A DNA stretch of 64,000 bases, taken from the NCBI GenBank assembly GCA_965223665.1, contig OZ245011.1, forward strand, positions 96,001 to 160,000. The letters run 5' to 3'. Position numbers and translations under genes: made by a program. Positions within the stretch are counted from its first letter, which is position 1; each line of letters begins with the position of its first letter. A model generated the notes under the pieces. The model was not told where the DNA came from. It saw nothing but the letters and a program-made list of their open reading frames with translations, and did not search any database. Shown here piece by piece: positions 58,067-64,000 of the stretch. The DNA is from Nitrospinaceae bacterium. Lineage in GTDB: Bacteria; Nitrospinota; Nitrospinia; Nitrospinales; Nitrospinaceae.

Positions 58067-59143
58067 TTATTGATCAATAAATTGGCGAATAATGGGAAGA
58101 ACTTCGGAGTCGCCATTTAAGCGTACTTTATCTTTAACGGTAATTTGGAGCACTTTCTTGATAAATTCTTCCCAATGTCCGGGAAAGAATTTTTCTGGAG
58201 GAATAATCAATCCAACTTCCTTTTCCAAAAGGAAGTTTTCCATAGCTTGGTATTCTGCAAAATTCTCTCTAGAACAGGTTAGCACTGGTTTTCCGTGCGT
58301 AAAAGCTGTGGCGAAAGTAGAATAGCCTGCCTTGGTGAGGACAATATCGGAACTGGCAATCAAGTCTGGAAAAAGATAATCCTCATTTACTATTAGCAAG
58401 TTTTTTATTTGGTCTGCTTCTTGGATAGGATCCCGGGAGATAAAAATGGCATCCGATATTTTTTCCAGTTGAGACCAATCAATCAGAGAAGAATCCAGTA
58501 ACCCCAGATAAATAAATACCAAAATTTTATTTTCAAAATCTATGGAAAAATCAGTTTCTAACTGATTCCGAATATTCTGACCCTTTAAGCTAATAAAACC
58601 CACCTCTTGTTTATTTTCTATATAGTCATTTTCAATATGACATTGAGGTAAAATTTGCATGGTTGTTGCGTTGTATTCTTTTTTGAGATTTTGAAGAAGT
58701 GATGAAAAATTTTTGGCATTTGGAAACTTCGAATAAATATCATACCAGGTAAAATTACTCAGTAGGAGAGCTGGAATTCCTAATTCTTTTCCCAGTTTAA
58801 TGGGAAAACTGGGCACATCACAAATAATTAATCGAATATTATTTTTTTCCAACCATTGTCTTTCGTTTTGATATTTTTGTTGGGAATTTGTATAAAAAGC
58901 CAAAGAATTCTCTAAAGTAGTTTTTTCATCTACTTGGATAAAATTGTGTTGGGCGCAGCCAGCATCTACTGCAAGAGAAGAGTATTTATGTTTTATATTT
59001 TGTAGTAAAAATACCTTTTCTGGAATTTCCGTCCTTATATGAACGAAAAATTCCTGGGAAAGTTTTTTTAAAACAGCGGCAGATCGAACAGCATGTCCAT
59101 ATCCGTGACCACTAATATAATAGGCGAGGTGGGGAGATCCCAA
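58067..59143 (-). CDS. GT-B fold glycosyltransferase-like protein (resembles the L-arabinokinase N-terminal domain)
   Basis: YYISGHGYGHAVR, NFTWYDIY, PDLIASSDIVLTKAGYST, RENFAE. Confidence 0.75.
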   Translation of the reverse strand: MGSPHLAYYISGHGYGHAVRSAAVLKKLSQEFFVHIRTEIPEKVFLLQNIKHKYSSLAVDAGCAQHNFIQVDEKTTLENSLAFYTNSQQKYQNERQWLEKNNIRLIICDVPSFPIKLGKELGIPALLLSNFTWYDIYSKFPNAKNFSSLLQNLKKEYNATTMQILPQCHIENDYIENKQEVGFISLKGQNIRNQLETDFSIDFENKILVFIYLGLLDSSLIDWSQLEKISDAIFISRDPIQEADQIKNLLIVNEDYLFPDLIASSDIVLTKAGYSTFATAFTHGKPVLTCSRENFAEYQAMENFLLEKEVGLIIPPEKFFPGHWEEFIKKVLQITVKDKVRLNGDSEVLPIIRQFIDQ

Positions 59144-59200
59144 TTTTTAGGATGGTTTAGTTTTTATTAGAATGCAATTAATAATAGAAATCTGTAAATA

Positions 59201-59818
59201 TTAGCTTTTAGGAGTATAGCGAAATTGGCAAAATGACCCAAGCTTAGCGAATGTATTAGACAGTTTTAAATTTACATAATCTTTTCTAGCTTCTGATGGT
59301 ATTTTATCAAACATACAAGCAGTTTCAATCCAATCTGTTCGACCTAACCTGATAAAAAACTGAGAAAACCAGCATTGTTTCATTTTGTAATTCCATTCTT
59401 TCTCATCAGCTTTTTTGGTTTCTAACATGAAATGTCGCCAAGTATAAACATCGTCAACTTTAGGAACATTATTTTCTACAAAAGTTTTGAACGGGTTGTC
59501 TGAGGCTTTTTCTTTTTCAACCAAGGCATCTATTTCGGGTTGCAGCCACTTAGTAAATGCTTCGGTAATAAACCCTCGGGCCTTTACCTGGTTAATGTTT
59601 ATATCATCTAGTGTGGCATGAGCGGTATAAATAAATATTCCTATCGTGGACAAAAATTGTTCTTCGGGAGATAGAGAGTCTGCATCCTCAAATTGCCAAA
59701 GCTGGATAAAATGCTCTCTTATTTTTTCTTTGTCAAGATCTTCTATATCTAAATGAACTAAAATAGGGTCGATCCGTTTTCCCGGTTCTGATGAATTCTC
59801 TTGATTACCTTCAGACAT
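59201..59818 (-). CDS. L-2-amino-thiazoline-4-carboxylic acid hydrolase-like (V4R-like) protein
   Basis: C-terminal CWFSQFF..LG....ACMFD...TFAKLGSFCQFRY three-Cys pattern. Confidence 0.65.
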   Translation of the reverse strand: MSEGNQENSSEPGKRIDPILVHLDIEDLDKEKIREHFIQLWQFEDADSLSPEEQFLSTIGIFIYTAHATLDDININQVKARGFITEAFTKWLQPEIDALVEKEKASDNPFKTFVENNVPKVDDVYTWRHFMLETKKADEKEWNYKMKQCWFSQFFIRLGRTDWIETACMFDKIPSEARKDYVNLKLSNTFAKLGSFCQFRYTPKS

Positions 59819-60031
59819 GTCTTTGCCTCAAATATGAATAACTCGAATAATCTACATATTAGCTTATCGAATATTCTGATTGATTGATTTCTAGGGTAGT
59901 AAAAATACCACATTAAAAAGTAGAATATCAAGGCCTGTACATTAAAGAACTTACAGATAGTGTAGGATTGTTCCATTTTTTTGTGGGATAGTGCAAATCT
60001 GATATAAAATAGCCTTTTTCCGAGTGTATTT

Positions 60032-61144
60032 ATGAATTTAAAAAACATAGATGTTGTCATTATCGGTGCAGGAGTGATTGGTCTTAGCATTGGATTAAGG
60101 CTAAAGCAAAATGCGCCTCAATTAAGAGTAGCTGTTATTGGAGACCCGATGAATTCAATTATGGCCTCTCGCGCGGCTGCAGGAATGCTGGCAGCATATG
60201 GTGAATGTGATACCGCAGACCCTTTTTTTGAATTTTGCCGTATTTCTTTAGACAAATATCCATCCTATATACAGGAGTTGGTTAAGATTAGCGGGAAACA
60301 TGTTTATTTATCCATGGCCGGTTCTATAATGCCGGTTAACTTTCTTGAAAATCGTGTGGATGAACGCATAAGATTTTTTCAAGATCATCAAATTCCGTAT
60401 GAATTGTGGAGTATTTCTCAGGTTCGTGAAAGATTACCCTATCTTTCAAAAAATTGTGGTGAGGTTATTTGGGTTGGTCAAGGTCAGGTAAATAACCGTC
60501 AAATGCATGATGCTCTTGCAGTGGCTTTAGAAAAAGTTGGAGTGGAATTGATTGCTGAAAATGCGACTGGTTTTCATCGCATTGGAAATTCCATTCGATC
60601 CGTTGTAACAGACACCGGGGAAATAGAGGGCAATCAATTCATTTTAGCGTCGGGTAGCTGGTCTCAACAATTAGCAAAAATTTTGGATGTTTCTTTGCCA
60701 CTAAAACCAATAAAAGGCCAGATGTGTCGAGTTTTTGTCGATGATCATAAATTGGAATATACCATACATGGAATTCTAACTTATATAGCTCCCTGGAGAG
60801 AAGGGCAGGGGTTTGTTTTAGGATCCACCATGGAGGATAGAGGATTTAATCCTTTAATTGAAAAAGATGTGATACAAGGTTTGATTGATCGTGCGTCTGC
60901 AATTGTCCCTTCCATAAAATCTGCGCCACTTGTGGAGTCATGGACCGGTTTACGACCCGCCGCGGAGGATTTAATGCCGATCATGGGTGCAAGTCAGCGA
61001 TATCAAAATTTATTTTATTCCACCGGACACTATCGAAATGGGATTTTACAAACTCCTCATCAAGCAGATTATGTGGCCTCTGCTGTATTAGGGACTTTAA
61101 AGCAACCCATTAGTGAATTCGATCCTGCTCGTTATGATTTGTAG
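60032..61144 (+). CDS. thiO: Glycine oxidase ThiO
   Basis: IIGAGVIG, ASRAAAGML, PIKGQ, GSTME, WTGLRP, GHYRNGIL. Confidence 0.88.
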   Translation: MNLKNIDVVIIGAGVIGLSIGLRLKQNAPQLRVAVIGDPMNSIMASRAAAGMLAAYGECDTADPFFEFCRISLDKYPSYIQELVKISGKHVYLSMAGSIMPVNFLENRVDERIRFFQDHQIPYELWSISQVRERLPYLSKNCGEVIWVGQGQVNNRQMHDALAVALEKVGVELIAENATGFHRIGNSIRSVVTDTGEIEGNQFILASGSWSQQLAKILDVSLPLKPIKGQMCRVFVDDHKLEYTIHGILTYIAPWREGQGFVLGSTMEDRGFNPLIEKDVIQGLIDRASAIVPSIKSAPLVESWTGLRPAAEDLMPIMGASQRYQNLFYSTGHYRNGILQTPHQADYVASAVLGTLKQPISEFDPARYDL

Positions 61145-61153
61145 GGAGTTCCT

Positions 61154-62530
61154 TTGAAGCATTTTTCAAAAGAAAGTTCAAATATCGACCCGGAATTACT
61201 AAAGGACCAAGAATTTATTTGGCATCCTTGTACTCAAATGAAAGATCATGAGAGTGATCCTCCTTTGTTAGTTGATAATGCTCAAGGGGTATACTTATAT
61301 GATCGCGAGGGTAATAGTTACATTGACTGCATTTCCTCATGGTGGGTTAACCTGTTTGGCCATAATCATCCACAAATCAATCAAGCTATAAAAAACCAGT
61401 TAGAGAAAATGGCGCATGTTATGTTTGCGGGTGTTACACATCAGCCTGCTATTGATCTTGCCGGCAAATTGGTTCAATTATCTTCTCCAAATCTTCAAAA
61501 AGTTTTTTTTTCTGACAATGGATCCACCTCAGTTGAGATTGCTCTTAAACTTAGTTTGCAATATTGGCGTCAAACGGGAAGGCCTCAAAAAACCAAATTT
61601 GTTTATTTGAAAGATGCCTATCACGGTGAAACGCTAGGGGCTTTATCCATATGTGGAATGGATTTATTTCGCGATAAATTTGAAAAAGTGTTATTGGCTA
61701 ATGTTCAAGTAGATGGACCGGACTGTTTTAGATGCCCCTATGATTTAACACGAGAAACCTGTAAAGCAGAATGTTTTGATTCTATGGAAGCAGTTTTAGA
61801 AAAGGAAAATGAAACTATTGCAGGGATTGTAATTGAGCCGCTGGTGCAAGGAGCCGCAGGAATGAAAATGTATCCCCCTGTTTATCTAAAAAAGTTGGAA
61901 ACAATATGCCAACAATTAAATGTTCATACTATTTATGATGAAGTTGCTGTAGGATTTGGCAGAACAGGTTCACTCTTCGTTTCAGAAAAACATGGTTTAA
62001 ATCCAACATTTCTTTGTTTGTCTAAAGGGATTACTTCAGGATATCTTCCTCTTGCGGCCACTTTGACGGAAGATAAAATATATGATGCTTTTTATGATGA
62101 CTTTTCTACCTTCAAACTATTTATTCATAGTCATTCTTACTCAGCAAATCCTTTAGCTTGTTCGGCGGCAAATGTTTCATTAGATTTGTTAGATGAAGAA
62201 AGTTTTTGGGAAGGTTTGGAAAAAAAAGTTAGACAATTGGGAAGATACTCCGACCAGTTTTCGTCTTTAAAATGGTGTGGTGAATTTAGACAAACGGGAA
62301 TGATAGTTGCAGTAGAGTTGTTAAAAAATATAGAAAGTAAGACTCCTTTCCCAGTCCAGGATCGCATTGGTTACCAAATTTATTTGGAAGGCTTAAAACG
62401 TGGTATATTTTTAAGGCCATTAGGAAATGTTATTTATTTTCTTCCTCCTTTAATCATTAATGAGGAGGAAATTCAATTTATGATGGAAACGGCTTTTGAG
62501 TGCATAAAGTTTGTTTTAAATGGTAAATGA
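61154..62530 (+). CDS. bioA: Adenosylmethionine--8-amino-7-oxononanoate transaminase
   Basis: IWHPCTQM, SSWWVN, DNGSTSVE, YHGET, DEVAVGFGRTG, SKGITSGY, LRPLG. Confidence 0.95.
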   Translation: MKHFSKESSNIDPELLKDQEFIWHPCTQMKDHESDPPLLVDNAQGVYLYDREGNSYIDCISSWWVNLFGHNHPQINQAIKNQLEKMAHVMFAGVTHQPAIDLAGKLVQLSSPNLQKVFFSDNGSTSVEIALKLSLQYWRQTGRPQKTKFVYLKDAYHGETLGALSICGMDLFRDKFEKVLLANVQVDGPDCFRCPYDLTRETCKAECFDSMEAVLEKENETIAGIVIEPLVQGAAGMKMYPPVYLKKLETICQQLNVHTIYDEVAVGFGRTGSLFVSEKHGLNPTFLCLSKGITSGYLPLAATLTEDKIYDAFYDDFSTFKLFIHSHSYSANPLACSAANVSLDLLDEESFWEGLEKKVRQLGRYSDQFSSLKWCGEFRQTGMIVAVELLKNIESKTPFPVQDRIGYQIYLEGLKRGIFLRPLGNVIYFLPPLIINEEEIQFMMETAFECIKFVLNGK

Positions 62531-62900
62531 AATGTATGAAGTTATTGTACAGACTGAATTTTCAGCGGCACATCGATTGCGTCTTTACGACGGCAAATTT
62601 GAAAATTTACATGGCCACAATTGGACGGTAAGGGTGACGGCACTATCAAAGGACCTTGACAAAATTGGCGTTGGCGTAGATTTTGTTTTGTTAAAAGACC
62701 GTACGGAGAAAATCTTGTCTGCTTTAGATTATAAAAACATAAATGAAGTACCCCCCTTTGATGAAAAGAATCCCTCTGCAGAGAATATTGCTCGTTGGGT
62801 TTTTGATAAATTAAAGGAAGAATTTGATGACGATCGAGTAAAAATTCAGAGGGTTCAGGTCAACGAAATGCCCGGATGCGGGGCAGCCTATTTTGAATAA
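62520..62900 (+). CDS. queD: 6-carboxy-5,6,7,8-tetrahydropterin synthase
   Basis: FSAAHRL, LHGHNW, PSAENIA; the Cys usually found before LHGH is Phe here (GKFENLHGH). Confidence 0.88.
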   Translation: MVNEMYEVIVQTEFSAAHRLRLYDGKFENLHGHNWTVRVTALSKDLDKIGVGVDFVLLKDRTEKILSALDYKNINEVPPFDEKNPSAENIARWVFDKLKEEFDDDRVKIQRVQVNEMPGCGAAYFE

Positions 62901-62907
62901 AATTTCC

Positions 62908-64000
62908 CTATTTCACACCCAGGGTCTTACCCTCGATTACATCAATGTTTTCGGCTTGTGGTTGTTTTGGTAAGCCGGGCATTCGTAATATGTCGCCGGT
63001 AATGGGAATTAAAAATCCCGCTCCGGCAGCAATCAATATCTCTTTTACCGTTACGGTAAAACCGGTGGGTCGGCCCAGGGCTTTGGGATCATCACTAAGG
63101 GATTGTTGAGTTTTAGCAATGCAAACTGGAAGGTTGTTATAGCCGAGATTATTTATAGATTTTAAGTCCCTCTTAGCCTTCTTGGTATAAGTAATTTTTT
63201 CTGCGCCATACATTTTGTTTGCTACTTTCCAAATTTTAGTTTTTACGTCTTCTTCCCAAGAGTAAAGAGGGCAAAAAGGTTCTGATTCTTTTTCAGCATA
63301 TTTCATTACGGTTTCTGCTAATTCAATAGCACCTTCCCCTCCTTTTTCAAAATGATTTGCAACAGCGAAAGGAACTTTTAGTGATTCCTCGCAATGTTTA
63401 CGAACAATATCAATTTCCTCGAGGGTGTCATTGCTGAATTTATTTAAGCAAACGACAGGGGGTTCGCAAAATTGTTTAATGTTTTCTACATGTTTGTCCA
63501 AATTTGCCAATCCTTTTTGAATGGCTTGAGGGTTGACTTGACTAAGTTCGTTCTTAGTAATCCCTCCGTGCATTTTTAACGCTCTGCAAGTCGCTACTAA
63601 AACTACGGCAGCTGTATCTAATTTGGCACTTTGGCATTTAATGTCAAAAAACTTTTCTGCTCCTAAATCAAACCCAAACCCTGCTTCTGTAATAGCCCAA
63701 TTTGCGAGACTCATAGCCATTCTGGTGGCTATTACGGAATTACATCCATGGGCAATATTTGCAAATGGTCCTCCATGGACAAAAGTGGGTACTCCTTCTG
63801 AGGTTTGGACTAAGTTTGGTAACAAGGCATCCTTTAATAATGCTGTCATGGCACCTGTTGCTTTTAAATTTGATGCTTTAACAGGTTCACCTTCATATGT
63901 GAATCCAACTAAAATCCGATCGATCCTTTTTTTTAAATCTTCAAAGCTTTCTGCAAGACAAAGGATAGCCATGATTTCAGACGCAGCTGTTATATCAAAA
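62908..64000 (-). CDS. fhs: Formate--tetrahydrofolate ligase (5' part beyond window edge)
   Basis: PNLVQT, HGGPFANIAHGCNS, TEAGFG.DLGAEKF, AKTQ.SLSD, MPGLP; frame stays open to the edge (FDITAASEIMA). Confidence 0.97.
   Translation of the reverse strand, partial: FDITAASEIMAILCLAESFEDLKKRIDRILVGFTYEGEPVKASNLKATGAMTALLKDALLPNLVQTSEGVPTFVHGGPFANIAHGCNSVIATRMAMSLANWAITEAGFGFDLGAEKFFDIKCQSAKLDTAAVVLVATCRALKMHGGITKNELSQVNPQAIQKGLANLDKHVENIKQFCEPPVVCLNKFSNDTLEEIDIVRKHCEESLKVPFAVANHFEKGGEGAIELAETVMKYAEKESEPFCPLYSWEEDVKTKIWKVANKMYGAEKITYTKKAKRDLKSINNLGYNNLPVCIAKTQQSLSDDPKALGRPTGFTVTVKEILIAAGAGFLIPITGDILRMPGLPKQPQAENIDVIEGKTLGVK

Noticed and set aside
62908-64000. fhs as a sign of the Wood-Ljungdahl pathway
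   Set aside because: Fhs is widespread in one-carbon metabolism, and no acs or cdh genes are in the window

Overview
This is an AT-rich, gene-dense bacterial chromosome window with about 60 CDS, mostly housekeeping: hisH (partial), smpB, mtaB, fis, glmS, mreBCD-mrdA, uvrB, gatB, mazG, hemW, era, map, bfr, thiO, bioA, queD and fhs (partial). The accessory content (FGE-sulfatase, DUF1566, TPR and PilZ proteins, sucrose genes) suggests a Gram-negative marine chemolithotroph such as Nitrospinota; this is inference only. I saw no rRNA, tRNA, CRISPR array or transposase. The most unusual items are: (1) an iron-regulated locus at 51.6-56.0 kb, with a bacterioferritin missing two ferroxidase ligands, a sigma70 promoter overlapped by two Fur boxes, a thioredoxin-like [2Fe-2S] ferredoxin, a DUF2325 pseudogene largely missed by the ORF track, a His/Glu-rich porin and two FMN-bind proteins, only one of which keeps the flavinylation Thr; (2) a UDP-GlcNAc operon with a GlmU lacking its acetyltransferase domain, followed by an archaeal-type GlmU degenerate at both active sites, a variant GlmS and an archaeal-style ThiDN fusion; (3) a pfkB-sps/spp-sus sucrose cluster downstream of a CusRS-like two-component system led by a tiny Cys-containing ferritin-like ORF; (4) a sterol-desaturase-family protein with an Ig-like insert, a membrane protein fused to two DUF1858-like domains, and a halide-methyltransferase-like enzyme. 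All assignments come from motif recognition by eye; no searches were run.
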